A stretch of DNA of 63,954 bases, the filler included, from Octopus bimaculoides (Eukaryota): assembly GCF_001194135.2 (NCBI RefSeq). It is 7 parts of 7 records of this genome, joined end to end, with 100 filler letters (N's around TTAATTAATTAA, not from the genome) between each part and the next. Parts side by side here need not be neighbours in the genome. Positions count along the whole stretch, not along the records: positions 27,195 to 40,410 come from NC_068988.1; positions 40,511 to 44,518 come from NW_026426598.1; positions 44,619 to 54,113 come from NC_068983.1; 4 more parts are not named here. The stretch is one strand, 5' to 3'. The translations under genes and the position numbers were made by a program. How positions within the stretch are numbered: the first letter of the stretch is position 1; every line of letters begins with the position of its first letter. Of this stretch, positions 38,068-50,572 are shown piece by piece. Below the pieces are notes generated by a model, which saw nothing but the letters and a program-made list of their open reading frames with translations, was not told the origin of the DNA and made no database searches.

Positions 38068-39425
38068 GAAAGTAATAAGAAGAAATTTACAAACTATAAC
38101 AGCATTCTGTCAAGAAATGTTCACGTAAGTCTCAAGAATGGAATTGCCTGAAACAAACGGTCAACGTGGCTTGTCAGGAATTTTGAAAAGTCGTTGGTAA
38201 TGGAGGTAATATAAATAAGGCAGTCTTGAAAAACTACTTGTGAAAACACTTTAATATGGAAACCAATCATCACAGTTTTCTCTATTCAATGATAATGTGC
38301 TGGAATATGAACAATCCAAGCTCTTTCTCACTGAAGCAATAGCCTGTGGTGGCGTCCACAGATGGAGTTTAAAATCGAACACTTTTCTGTAATCCTGCCA
38401 AATTGGTACAATATTTCTTTGTTCTTATTGTTTCGCTTCAAATAACTCAGATTTATCATGAGTTGTTACTCTAATATGCAGACGATAACACACACGCAAG
38501 CAGGCACACATTCACACACGCAAGCAGGCACACATTCACACACACACAGACACACACTTACGCATACAAACACACGAATAACCATACACGTATACGAACA
38601 CACATCCGTATACTAATACATATAGACATACAGGAATACGCATACACACATACACACAAATGCGTATGAACATAAATAATTACACATACAAGTACATAAA
38701 TACACATATATATACAAATATGCAAATATATACACACATATACTCGTATACTCGTACATATACACTTACGCGCATATATATATATATNNNNNNNNNNNNN
38801 NNNNNNNNNNNNNNNNNNNNNNNNNNNNNNNNNNNNNNNNNNNNNNNNNNNNNNNNNNNNNNNNNNNNNNNNNNNNNNNNNNNNNNNNNNNNNNNNNNNN
38901 NNNNNNNNNNNNNNNNNNNNNNNNNNNNNNNNNNNNNNNNNNNNNNNNNNNNNNNNNNNNNNNNNNNNNNNNNNNNNNNNNNNNNNNNNNNNNNNNNNNN
39001 NNNNNNNNNNNNNNNNNNNNNNNTATATAAACGAATACGTATAGACATAAACGCGTATACACATATGCAAATATGTATATAGAGTATATTGATACTTGTA
39101 TACGAATACGTATACGCAATCACGGACAAGCATGCTCATAAACGAATACTTACACACAAAAAGTACACATATGCACAAAATCGAATACGCATACACACAT
39201 ACATATACATATACACAACTCTATCCATATATACATCTACATAACTAAACACAAGCAGTCTTCCTCCTCCCACCGCCCCCCCCTTCTACTTCCAGCACAT
39301 CAGCTACGATATTATTGACTTCGTAATGGTCTCTGAGAAATTGGTTTCGACAGGCTCCGGTATGATGTAGATATAGCAGTTTCTCACGCGATTCTTTCAT
39401 AGCTTTTGTCATACACCAGTCAATG

Positions 39426-39990
39426 TTTCGTTACTAACGCTATACCCTTACACTGTAGGTGCAGCATGGTCGAATGGTTCGTAAGTTCGAGTCGTAACCA
39501 GCCGGTTCTAGGTTCGATCCTAACGCGTCACTTCTTCATTTTATTGTATTAAAAAAAGATTTTTTTTCACTTGTTTCAGTCATTGGACTGCGGCCATGCT
39601 GAGGAACCACATTGAGGGGATTTAGGTTCGATCCTAACGCGTCGCTCCTTTATTTTATTTTATTTTATTTGATATTATTTCATTTTTGTTTTTTACTTGT
39701 TTCAGTCATTGGACTGGGGCCATGCTGAAGCACCGCCTTGAAGGGATTTAGTTGACATACTCGACCCCAGTATCTGTGTTTCGTTACTAACGCTATACAC
39801 TGTAGGTGCAGCATGGTCGAATGATTCGTAAGTTCGAGTCATAACCAGTCGATTTTAGGTTCGATCCTAACGCGTCGCTCATTCATTTTATTTCATTTTT
39901 GTTTTTTACTTGTTTCAGTCATTGGACTGCGGCCAAGCTGAAGGGATTTAGTTGAACAAATCCATCCCAATATTTTATGTGTATCTTTTG
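39426..39990 (+). repeat. Local tandem duplication of a tRNA-like head plus an antisense SINE-B tail (period about 350 bp)
   Basis: ggtgcagcatggtcgaatg..ggttcgatcctaacgcgtc at 39458 and 39805, with a partial third copy at about 39622. Confidence 0.75.
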
Positions 39991-40089
39991 AAAGTATGGT
40001 ACTTATTACATTGCTCTATTTTGTCGAACCGCTGAATTACAGGGACGCAAACAAATCAACACAAGTCGAGTGGTGGGGTGGTGGCAAAT

Positions 40090-40133
<44 letters not shown>

Positions 40134-40951
40134 CTGCATTAGTTGGCCCGAAGCTATCATAGAAGACACTCGTCCAAGATAACACGCAGTGAGACTGAAC
40201 CCGAAACCACATGGTTTCAAAGCGGACTTCTTAACCACAGAGTCACACCTGCCAACGTTGGACGGAAACTGTGAAGAATCTCGTCCACTAGATTGCACGG
40301 GTAATTTAAAAGACACAACGTTTGTCATACACAAGCTGTCTCACGCTGATTCAGCTTGGGAAATGCATTACGGGTACACATGTCCGTGGTTTACTCAGCC
40401 ACTTATATGTNNNNNNNNNNNNNNNNNNNNNNNNNNNNNNNNNNNNNNNNNNNNTTAATTAATTAANNNNNNNNNNNNNNNNNNNNNNNNNNNNNNNNNN
40501 NNNNNNNNNNCGGTTAGGCATTATCTATAACAGCGTTTTACAACCTTATCATTTCGGGTCCCCTGTTTCGATTGGAGCCTCCAGCTGTATGAAAATTTCC
40601 TGAGCCCTCCACCCTTCCGCTGTCAGAAAACACCTTCAGAAGTTGTGAAGAAAGAATTTGTACGTAGTGTATTTCTGAGAGCTATTCTATTGGACCTCTG
40701 ACTAATCACGTCTTTTAAGGTACACACACATACATAGAAAATGTGAGGTCATGGTAGAAAATTTTTACAATAGTTGATTAATGGAAAAGCAGTTGTATAC
40801 AGCCAACTCAATGTGACAGTCCCAACAAAGGAATCATACTGCTGCTATTTAGTCCCAGGAAGCTGGACCGCTTCTTGTCGGCCTTGACACACCTCCTGTG
40901 TCCTTATATTTGCAAGGGGGAGACAAGCACCCCCACTCAGCCCAGTCTGCA

Positions 40952-40994
40952 TTCAGGGAGATGTCTCCAAGCCATTGCTCGTCATCAGCCCGAA
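40952..40994 (-). ncRNA. Mirror copy of the hammerhead-like motif, more degenerate
   Basis: UUCGGG-CUGAUGA-CGAGC(AAUG)GCUUG-GAGAC-AU-CUC-CCUGAA. Confidence 0.55.
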
Positions 40995-41105
40995 ACAACA
41001 CGACCAGCCGGCCAAAGATGCCTGTCGACCTCTCGCAAATATATATATTTCTAGTGAAAACACATTCACTGATTACAAAAATCTTCGGCCGGCTGGTCGT
41101 GCTGC

Positions 41106-41148
41106 TTCGGGCTGATGACGAGCAATGGCTCGGAGACATGTCCCTGAA
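41106..41148 (+). ncRNA. Type-I hammerhead-like motif (core variant GAGAC)
   Basis: UUCGGG-CUGAUGA-CGAGC(AAUG)GCUCG-GAGAC-AU-GUC-CCUGAA. Stem I has 6 bp, stem II 5 bp, and stem III is the palindromic ACAUGU. Confidence 0.65.
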
Positions 41149-42310
41149 TGCAGACTGGGCTGGGTAGGGGTGCTTGTCTCCCCCTCGCAAATGTAAGGAC
41201 ACAGGAGGTGTGTCAAGGTCGATAGGAAGCGGTCCAGCTTCCTGGGGCTAAATAGCAGCAGTATGATTCCCTTATTGGGACTGTCACATTGAGCTGGCCG
41301 TATACAACTGCTTTATCGTAACACTGCTGCTTAAGTCTCTCTGTAAGATTTATAATTAGATCATTTCAGATTTATGGAAAAAATTATGTTAAATTTTTAA
41401 AATGCAAATGTGAATGAAAATTAATTTTAGACCTCTATATGGTAGAAATAGCAGAAATAGCAGCCAAATCCCCCTCAAAACACCTTACTGTCTTAATCCG
41501 ACAATTCTGCCTATTATGTAGTTTAAATGAGAAACTGTAAGTAAAGATTAATATTATTAACCCCACAAAAAGGTGAGAGAAGAGAGACAACATAGCGGAA
41601 GTTTTGGTTGACTGTCATCCTGTACTCCCCTTGTTGCTAGCGAAATGGTATATGCCGGCTGTGTGAGCAACTGGTTGTTTTAATGGCGGAACAAAAAGGG
41701 GAATTCCATTAGAAAAAGTTTTAATCGATTTTCTCGGTAACTATGGGGGCTGGCAAAAAAATATTTGCACCCGTCTCCACACATATGCCATTTTTCACGC
41801 GAATCCACCCAGCCGTTTGACTGTGAACCTCAAGACAAGAAAGAATACAACGATCGCCCATGTCCAATTTNNNNNNNNNNNNNNNNNNNNNNNNNNNNNN
41901 NNNNNNNNNNNNNNNNNNNNNNNNNNNNNNNNNNNNNNNNNNNNNNNNNNNNNNNNNNNNNNNNNNNNNNNNNNNNNNNNNNNNNNNNNNNNNNNNNNNN
42001 NNNNNNNNNNNNNNNNNNNNNNNNNNNNNNNNNNNNNNNNNNNNNNNNNNNNNNNNNNNNNNNNNNNNNNNNNNNNNNNNNNNNNNNNNNNNNNNNNNNN
42101 NNNNNNNNNNNNNNNNNNNNNNNNNNNNNNNNNNNNNNNNNNNNNNNNNNNNNNNNNNNNNNNNNNNNNNNNNNNNNNNNNNNNNNNNNNNNNNNNNNNN
42201 NNNNNNNNNNNNNNNNNNNNNNNNNNNNNNNNNNNNNNNNNNNNNNNNNNNNNNNNNNNNNNNNNNNNNNNNNNNNNNNNNNNNNNNNNNNNNNNNNNNN
42301 NNNNNNNNNN

Positions 42311-42344
<34 letters not shown>

Positions 42345-42345
<1 letters not shown>

Positions 42346-42583
42346 TTTGTGTGTTTGTGCTTATCCCCCACCATCACTTGACAACCGATGTTGGTGTGTT
42401 TACGCCCCCGTTACTTAGAGGTTCGGGAAAAGAGACCTATAGAATAAGTACTTGGCTTACAAATAATAAATCTTGGGGCCGATTTGTTCTACTAAAGGTG
42501 GTGCTCCAGCATTGACTGAAACAAATAAAAGAATAAAAGAATATATATAAAAGAATATATGTATATATATGTGTATATATATG

Positions 42584-42636
<53 letters not shown>

Positions 42637-42855
42637 GTACATTGTATATATGTTTATTCATGTTTATCTTTGTGTCTGTCTTTGTCCCCGATCACCGCTT
42701 GACAACCGGTGTTGGTGTATTTACGTCCCCATAATTTAGCGGTTTGGCAAAACAGACCGATAAAATAAGTATTAGGCTTAAGAAATTAAGTCCTGGGGTA
42801 AAGTTGTTCGACCCTTGAGGGGTAAGTCCAGCATGACTGAAACAAATAAAAGAAT
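42345..42855 (+). mobile_element. Two tandem SINE-B 3' halves
   Basis: tgtcccc..cttgacaaccg..ggtgtgtttacg.. at about 42360 and 42680. Confidence 0.75.
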
Positions 42856-42885
42856 ATCCCTCCACACACATACATACATATACAT

Positions 42886-42954
<69 letters not shown>

Positions 42955-42978
42955 GGTGTGTGTGTGTGTGTGTGTATG

Positions 42979-43011
<33 letters not shown>

Positions 43012-44045
43012 AGATAGATAAAACTTACTTGGAAATGGATGCGTGGCGTTCAATCAAATAGTAATATAAATTATATATGCATATATACATACATACATCT
43101 ACATACATATATATGTATATATACATGCNNNNNNNNNNNNNNNNNNNNNNNNNNNNNNNNNNNNNNNNNNNNNNNNNNNNNNNNNNNNNNNNNNNNNNNN
43201 NNNNNNNNNNNNNNNNNNNNNNNNNNNNNNNNNNNNNNNNNNNNNNNNNNNNNNNNNNNNNNNNNNNNNNNNNNNNNNNNNNNNNNNNNNNNNNNNNNNN
43301 NNNNNNNNNNNNNNNNNNNNNNNNNNNNNNNNNNNNNNNNNNNNNNNNNNNNNNNNNNNNNNNNNNNNNNNNNNNNNNNNNNNNNNNNNNNNNNNNNNNN
43401 NNNNNNNNNNNNNNNNNNNNNNNNNNNNNNNNNNNNNNNNNNNNNNNNNNNNNNNNNNNNNNNNNNNNNNNNNNNNNNNNNNNNNNNNNNNNNNNNNNNN
43501 NNNNNNNNNNNNNNNNNNNNNNNNNNNNNNNNNNNNNNNNNNNNNNNNNNNNNNNNNNNNNNNNNNNNNNNNNNNNNNNNNNNNNNNNNNNNNNNNNNNN
43601 NNNNNNNNNNNNNNNNNNNNNNNNNNNNNNNNNNNNNNNNNNNNNNNNNNNNNNNNNNNNNNNNNNNNNNNNNNNNNNNNNNNNNNNNNNNNNNNNNNNN
43701 NNNNNNNNNNNNNNNNNNNNNNNNNNNNNNNNNNNNNNNNNNNNNNNNNNNNNNNNNNNNNNNNNNNNNNNNNNNNNNNNNNNNNNNNNNNNNNNNNNNN
43801 NNNNNNNNNNNNNNNNNNNNNNNNNNNNNNNNNNNNNNNNNNNNNNNNNNNNNNNNNNNNNNNNNNNNNNNNNNNNNNNNNNNNNNNNNNNNNNNNNNNN
43901 NNNNNNNNNNNNNNNNNNNNNNNNNNNNNNNNNNNNNNNNNNNNNNNNNNNNNNNNNNNNNNNNNNNNNNNNNNNNNNNNNNNNNNNNNNNNNNNNAAAA
44001 CGCCAATATATAAAAAATGAATTTTAATTTATAATTTTCTCAGAG

Positions 44046-44094
44046 ATATTTAACATGTTTCGGTTCTTGAAAAAACGAACCTTATCAAAAATAC
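44046..44094 (-). ncRNA. Degenerate type-I hammerhead-like motif
   Basis: GUAUUU-UUGAUAA-GGUUC(10 nt)GAACC-GAAAC-AU-GUU-AAAUAU. All stems are intact, with two core substitutions. Confidence 0.5.
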
Positions 44095-44358
44095 ATATTT
44101 AAAAAAAAAATGTAATTAAAAGAAAAGTTCATAATTGTTTCTTACTGGTGTCAACATAGTCCACGTGGGAGCGATTTTTGTGTGGGTACATAATGGCTGT
44201 CTAGTGCATTGACTTGAATCGTTGGTTGTAGTAGTAGTAGTGACCGTGTTGGTAATGGTAAAATATATGTATATATATATAACATTAATAATGATAAGGA
44301 GAATGGAAATTTTTCACATCAAAAATTTTATCTAACGATTATTTACAGTACATTCTCC

Positions 44359-44446
44359 GGACCTAGACGTGTTTCAACTGCAGCGACTGCACATTGTTGA
44401 ATATATGCAACCTTGTACCATGGTAGGTGCAGTTTCCTCAGGGTCC
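44359..44446 (-). ncRNA. Type-I hammerhead-like motif with a long loop II
   Basis: GGACC-CUGAGGA-AACUGCA(long loop)UGCAGUU-GAAAC-AC-GUC-UA-GGUCC. Confidence 0.6.
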
Positions 44447-45103
44447 TTTACTCTAGACCGTTTCATATATGTATGTATGAATGTATGTATGTAAATATGA
44501 AGAGTGAGAGAGAGAGAGNNNNNNNNNNNNNNNNNNNNNNNNNNNNNNNNNNNNNNNNNNNNTTAATTAATTAANNNNNNNNNNNNNNNNNNNNNNNNNN
44601 NNNNNNNNNNNNNNNNNNTATATATATATATATATATATTTATGTGTATGCATGTATATATGCATATGTATATATATATATATGCATATATCTATATATA
44701 TTTGTATGTATGTATATATACATATATATATGTGTGTGTGTGTGTGTGTGCATATTATATATGCATATGTTTGTACTTGTGTGTATATATCAATTATATG
44801 AGCATATAATGATGAGTGTGCGAGTAAAATTTAAATTAAAAGAAAACTGAGTACTAAAATGTTGAACACAGTTTTTATATATATATATATGATTATTAGT
44901 TGTATAATCGTTTATTATATAAGATTCAACATACTCTGGTTTTCATACTTTGCGTAATCTCTAAAATACAAAGTAAAAAATATCTTGCATTTTCCAACTT
45001 TGTAGTCATTTGATATGCGTTTATCTGTTATGTTTGTTCTTTTACTATGTTTTTTTTTTGTTCCTTTCTACGTGCATATTTGAACTTCACTATGCGTGTA
45101 TAC

Positions 45104-45161
<58 letters not shown>

Positions 45162-45477
45162 NNNNNNNNNNNNNNNNNNNNNNNNNNNNNNNNNNNNNNN
45201 NNNNNNNNNNNNNNNNNNNNNNNNNNNNNNNNNNNNNNNNNNNNNNNNNNNNNNNNNNNNNNNNNNNNNNNNNNNNNNNNNNNNNNNNNNNNNNNNNNNN
45301 NNNNNNNNNNNNNNNNNNNNNNNNNNNNNNNNNNNNNNNNNNNNNNNNNNNNNNNNNNNNNNNNNNNNNNNNNNNNNNNNNNNNNNNNNNNNNNATATAT
45401 ATATATATATATATAGTTGCTATATATATAATATATATATATATAATAGTTGCTAGTTATATATGATATATAATAGT

Positions 45478-45673
45478 AATTTAGAGAAGAACCACCAAAA
45501 TGCAATTCAAACAATGAAGGAGATCAGACACCATCAAGAAAAACGTACTCTACGAAATACTAATTTAAAATTTTATAGATTTTAAAATTAGTATGTTGTA
45601 GAGTACGTTTTTCTTGAATGTGTCTAATTTCCTTCATTGTTTGAATTGCATTTTGGTGGTTCTTCTCTAAATT
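45478..45673. repeat. ~196-bp imperfect palindrome (arms about 95 bp)
   Basis: aatttagagaagaaccaccaaaatgcaattcaaacaatgaagg.. mirrored by ..ccttcattgtttgaattgcattttggtggttcttctctaaatt. Confidence 0.9.
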
Positions 45674-46636
45674 AATATTATATTTTTTATTGTAAAATTC
45701 AATTTGGTATTACTAAATTGAATATCCTTGTAAGCTTGGATTTTGACATTCCCTAATATTATAATATGTATAATAGTTGCTAGTTACTGAAGAAGAGGGG
45801 TGTTATTGTTTCTAATCTAAGCACTACGGCAGCAATGTTAGCGAGAGAGGTTTGATCGAATTTCATTGGCCCTAGTATTTAATGGATGTCCAAGGGATGA
45901 CAGGCGCATGATTTGAAATCAGAAACTACTGGAGTAAATACCGCAAGGCTTTGTACCTAACAATTCTGCCAGCTCGCCACATTTGAGTGTATTAATCAAT
46001 AAAGGACAAAATATCATTTGAAGAACAGAAACAGTATAAACATTAACAGTTTGATTATCGTTTAACTTATGTAAACCCTAATTCTTAAAACCAATATTCA
46101 AAGAATATAAAGAATGAAAATGAAAAGGTTCTATTTATTCTAATAGAATTTCAGGTTTTTATACGTACCTCAGCATATCGGATATAAAGAGATTCGATGT
46201 CTTGGTATTTCAAAAGGTATGATTTTGAAGTGTTAGAAAGACTATAGAATGCATTTAATTCCTTATAGCTTTAATAAAATTCGCTTCAGGCACGCAAGTA
46301 TGCTGTTTCCTCTTTGTTCTTTGATCGCTATTATAATAAACATTGTTTCTATCAAGTGACCGGTGCCATACCTTCAACATTCAGACACCCAAGATCCACT
46401 CGTCTCTCCATATCTCGTTGTCTTTCTTGTGTCAGACTCCCTGCTCGACCCGGCACTAACACTATGCCAAGTGCTTCGTCTACAGGCCATTATGCTTATG
46501 AAATCTCCTTGCGCATGCTTTCCCTGCAACATTTTAAACAGGACATTAATGGTATCAAACTCATATGTTATGGATGATCTGTAAGAGTCATAGACACTGC
46601 TCCTTCCTCTAAACTGGGCAAGCACTATAAATGTAA

Positions 46637-46680
<44 letters not shown>

Positions 46681-46952
46681 GTATGTGTATGTATGTGTGT
46701 GTATGTGTGTGTCTGTATGTGTACATATTTATATACACATAAATAAGTACACAGGTGCAAATGAAGGTATAGAATATCGTACTGGATTACCAATGGAAGA
46801 GTAACACTATTTTATTTGGAGGAAAAAATTCACAAATTGTTACTCAGAAGTTTACGTAACTGTTCATCAATTACGTAATATCTTATGAACGGTTACGTGA
46901 ACCTCCACGTATCACTTTGTGGAGATTTCTTTTTTCGGCTTCATTGCAATAG

Positions 46953-47019
<67 letters not shown>

Positions 47020-47023
47020 ATAA

Positions 47024-47055
<32 letters not shown>

Positions 47056-47152
47056 TCGAGCGTCAAACTAATACACTTGCTTGTTGTTTATACACGTCTT
47101 TGCTTTTTTGTTTTTCTGTAAATTTCAACTATGTATATTACCTCTTCGGTAT

Positions 47153-47197
47153 TTCCCATTGAGGAAGGCTAAAGAACCAGAAACGACCGCCTGAGAA
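47153..47197 (+). ncRNA. Heavily degenerate hammerhead-like motif
   Basis: UUCCCA-UUGAGGA-AGGCU..AACCA-GAAAC-GACC-GCC-UGAGAA. Confidence 0.35.
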
Positions 47198-47984
47198 TCC
47201 GATAGTATATCTGCACAGATATACACTATTTTACACCTTTAACTATAAGAGAGAATTTCTGCATGGTAAATGCAGTAAATTTGCCTTTAGAAGTTAAACC
47301 ATATCACAAACATATTTTAACCTCCACAACATCGGTTGACGTAAATTTACCTGCGTTGTGTACTCGCTTTGAATCAGATGACGAAAATATACGTAGCCCT
47401 ATCTGCTGCGGTTTTGCACTTGTTTGTGTATCGGTTGATATAAATAACCGTTATCACTCGCGGAATCGATAATAGAGGCCACTATGCAAATTCAAGGAAT
47501 CTGATAAGTTTATTAGACTCTTCATGTAAATATTTCCAACTCAGTTCGAGACTTCTTCACCATAGTAGTTTAAAAGCAGCAGTTTTGGTGGTTACACCAC
47601 TATTTCAACTATGACTTCCTATCAAATTCGTACACGTTCAATAAATTCTTCTGGTCCTTCACGGAATTTACTGTCGCATCCAGCTACGCCAGTTTTGTTG
47701 AATTTATGATCCTCGCAGTGACGACAGTTTACATAGATAAACAGTGCATGCTTTAAAGCGGTTGACGTAAATATACGCCGAACCGTTGTCTTGTGCTAAT
47801 TGCTGATCTCGGCCAAGATGATTACTGTCAGTGCAACCTAGTTGCCTGATAAAAAAAAAATCTGTTATCCTGGGGTTAACTAACCTAAACTTCGCTTATT
47901 CCTAATCACTCCTTGGTGCTGATGTTGCTATATCTATTCCAGCCAGGCGAGCCAATCTTTTAATATAGGTGCAAGTGAAGCTGG

Positions 47985-48320
47985 GTGGTAAGAAGTTTGC
48001 TTCCCAGCTACAGTCTTTCGGATTCAGTCCCACTGCGTCGCACCTTAGGCAAGTGTCTTCCGTTATAGTCACGGGCTGACCAAAGCCTTGTGAATGGATC
48101 TAGTTGAGAGAGACTGAAAGAAGCCTGTCGCATAAATGTGTATGTTTGGCTTTGTATCTGTGTTTGTTCCCCACCACCACTTGAAAACCGGTGTTGGTGT
48201 GTTTACGTCCCCGTAGCTTGGCGGTTAGGCAAAAGAACTGATACTATAAGTATCAGCTTAAAAATTAAAAACTAAGTACTTTGTTTTCTGTTATCCGTAG
48301 TCTAAAAGAAAACAAAGTAA
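47985..48320 (+). mobile_element. SINE family B
   Basis: ggattcagtcccactgcgtcgcaccttaggcaagtgtctt..ggtgtgtttacgtccccgt. Confidence 0.75.
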
Positions 48321-48876
48321 AAGATGTGTGTGTGTGTGTGTGTGTGTGTATTTGGGGCGAAAATTTTTTTCTCAAAGAGTTAAGATTGAGAAAAGAACCT
48401 TTTTAGAAAGTCGAATGACGCTAACCTTTGGGAAGAGATTTCACAAAATGTGTGTGGGGTTTGCTTTTATGGATGTACAAGCGCTTTCAGTTCTTAACGT
48501 TTTCATATATATAAATGTGTGTGTGTGTGTGTGTACGTATATGGGCATATATTTTTTAGCCCAATGTATGCAAAAGAAATTATATATTCCATAAAGAGAA
48601 ATCGATAAAAGATACATCAGGTTGATATGATTACTGAGATCGATTTAATCGACAAGAAAACTCTGGAGGGAGATGTTCCGATGTGGTTATATATATTCAT
48701 GTATATTATATTATATACGTATAAAGATATAATAATGGTTTCAAATTTTGCCATGAGTGCAACCATCTTGGAGGAGGGGATGAATCGATTACATCGACCC
48801 CAGTGTTTCACTGGTACTTATTTTATTGACCTCGAAAGATGAAGGGCAAAGTCGACCACGGCGTAAAGATGGACGA

Positions 48877-48924
<48 letters not shown>

Positions 48925-48964
48925 TCTTTCTACTAAAGGCACAAGGCCTAATGATAATAATAAC

Positions 48965-48995
<31 letters not shown>

Positions 48996-49063
48996 CAGGT
49001 AGGTAGGTAGGTAAGTAGGTAGGTAGGTAGGTAGGTAGATAGGTAGGTAGGTAGGTAGGTAGG

Positions 49064-49109
<46 letters not shown>

Positions 49110-49629
49110 TACACACATACTCCATGTGTGCGTGCGGGCGCGTGTGTGTACTGGATATTCCTGTCGCAGATAACCGGGCTTCCGGAATTTCCTGAACAAG
49201 CTGCACAAATGATTTGTTTATTGAGACCAAATGCTTGTGTTGCACACTATATCACTCCCTTTATTAAATCGACAATGTTTGTACAGATGCATGGTGCACC
49301 AGACATCAGATATGGAAGTGATCACAGAGCAACGTGAAATGAAGAGTTTTACTCAAGAACACAATGCACCGCCCGGTCAGGGGATCGAAACAATGATCTT
49401 GCGATCGTGAGTGTAGCACCCTAACCACTAGGTCGCGCACCATCACACATACACACAAACATACGTGCATACAGAGAGGGAGAGCTACATATAAGTATAT
49501 ATACATATACATACATACATATACATACATATATATATATGTATACATATATATATATAGTCGAAACTTCGAAGTAATTTTCAGTCTTCTCTGTTAAAAT
49601 ACAATAAATATGTTTGTGTGTTATATATA

Positions 49630-49952
49630 TATATATATTGTTGTTGTTGGCACTCCGTCGCTTACGACGTCGAGGGTTCCAGTTGATCCGATCAACGGAA
49701 CAGCCTGCTCGTGAAATTAACGTGCAAGTGGCTGAGCACTCCACAGACACGTGTACCCTTAACGTAGCTCTCGGGGATATTCAGCGTGACACAGTGTGAC
49801 AAGGCTGACCCTTTGAATTACAGGCACAACAGAAACAGGAAGTAAGAGTGAGGGAGAAAGTTGTGGTGAAAGAGTACGGCAGGGTTCGCCACCATCCCCT
49901 GCCGGAGCCTCGTGGAGCTTTTAGGTGTTTTCGCTCAATAAACACTCACAAC
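49630..49952 (-). mobile_element. SINE family C (5' end lost in the gap)
   Basis: Close reverse-complement match to 28960-29280. Confidence 0.85.
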
Positions 49953-50572
49953 NNNNNNNNNNNNNNNNNNNNNNNNNNNNNNNNNNNNNNNNNNNNNNNN
50001 NNNNNNNNNNNNNNNNNNNNNNNNNNNNNNNNNNNNNNNNNNNNNNNNNNNNNNNNNNNNNNNNNNNNNNNNNNNNNNNNNNNNNNNNNNNNNNNNNNNN
50101 NNNNNNNNNNNNNNNNNNNNNNNNNNNNNNNNNNNNNNNNNNNNNNNNNNNNNNNNNNNNNNNNNNNNNNNNNNNNNNNNNNNNNNNNNNNNNNNNNNNN
50201 NNNNNNNNNNNNNNNNNNNNNNNNNNNNNNNNNNNNNNNNNNNNNNNNNNNNNNNNNNNNNNNNNNNNNNNNNNNNNNNNNNNNNNNNNNNNNNNNNNNN
50301 NNNNNNNNNNNNNNNNNNNNNNNNNNNNNNNNNNNNNNNNNNNNNNNNNNNNNNNNNNNNNNNNNNNNNNNNNNNNNNNNNNNNNNNNNNNNNNNNNNNN
50401 NNNNNNNNNNNNNNNNNNNNNNNNNNNNNNNNNNNNNNNNNNNNNNNNNNNNNNNNNNNNNNNNNNNNNNNNNNNNNNNNNNNNNNNCGTTATATCATCT
50501 TCCTTATATCATCGTTTAACTTCCAATCATTGACCTGCGGCCACGGTGGGGCACCGTTTTGACGGTTTAGTC

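Larger units (their letters stand above)
40786..41314. mobile_element. 529-bp palindromic element: 234-bp inverted arms, each with a hammerhead-like motif
   Basis: Arms 40786-41019 and 41081-41314. The ORF track gives near-identical peptides on both strands (MSLxLxGGDKHPxxAQSAFR..). Confidence 0.9.
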
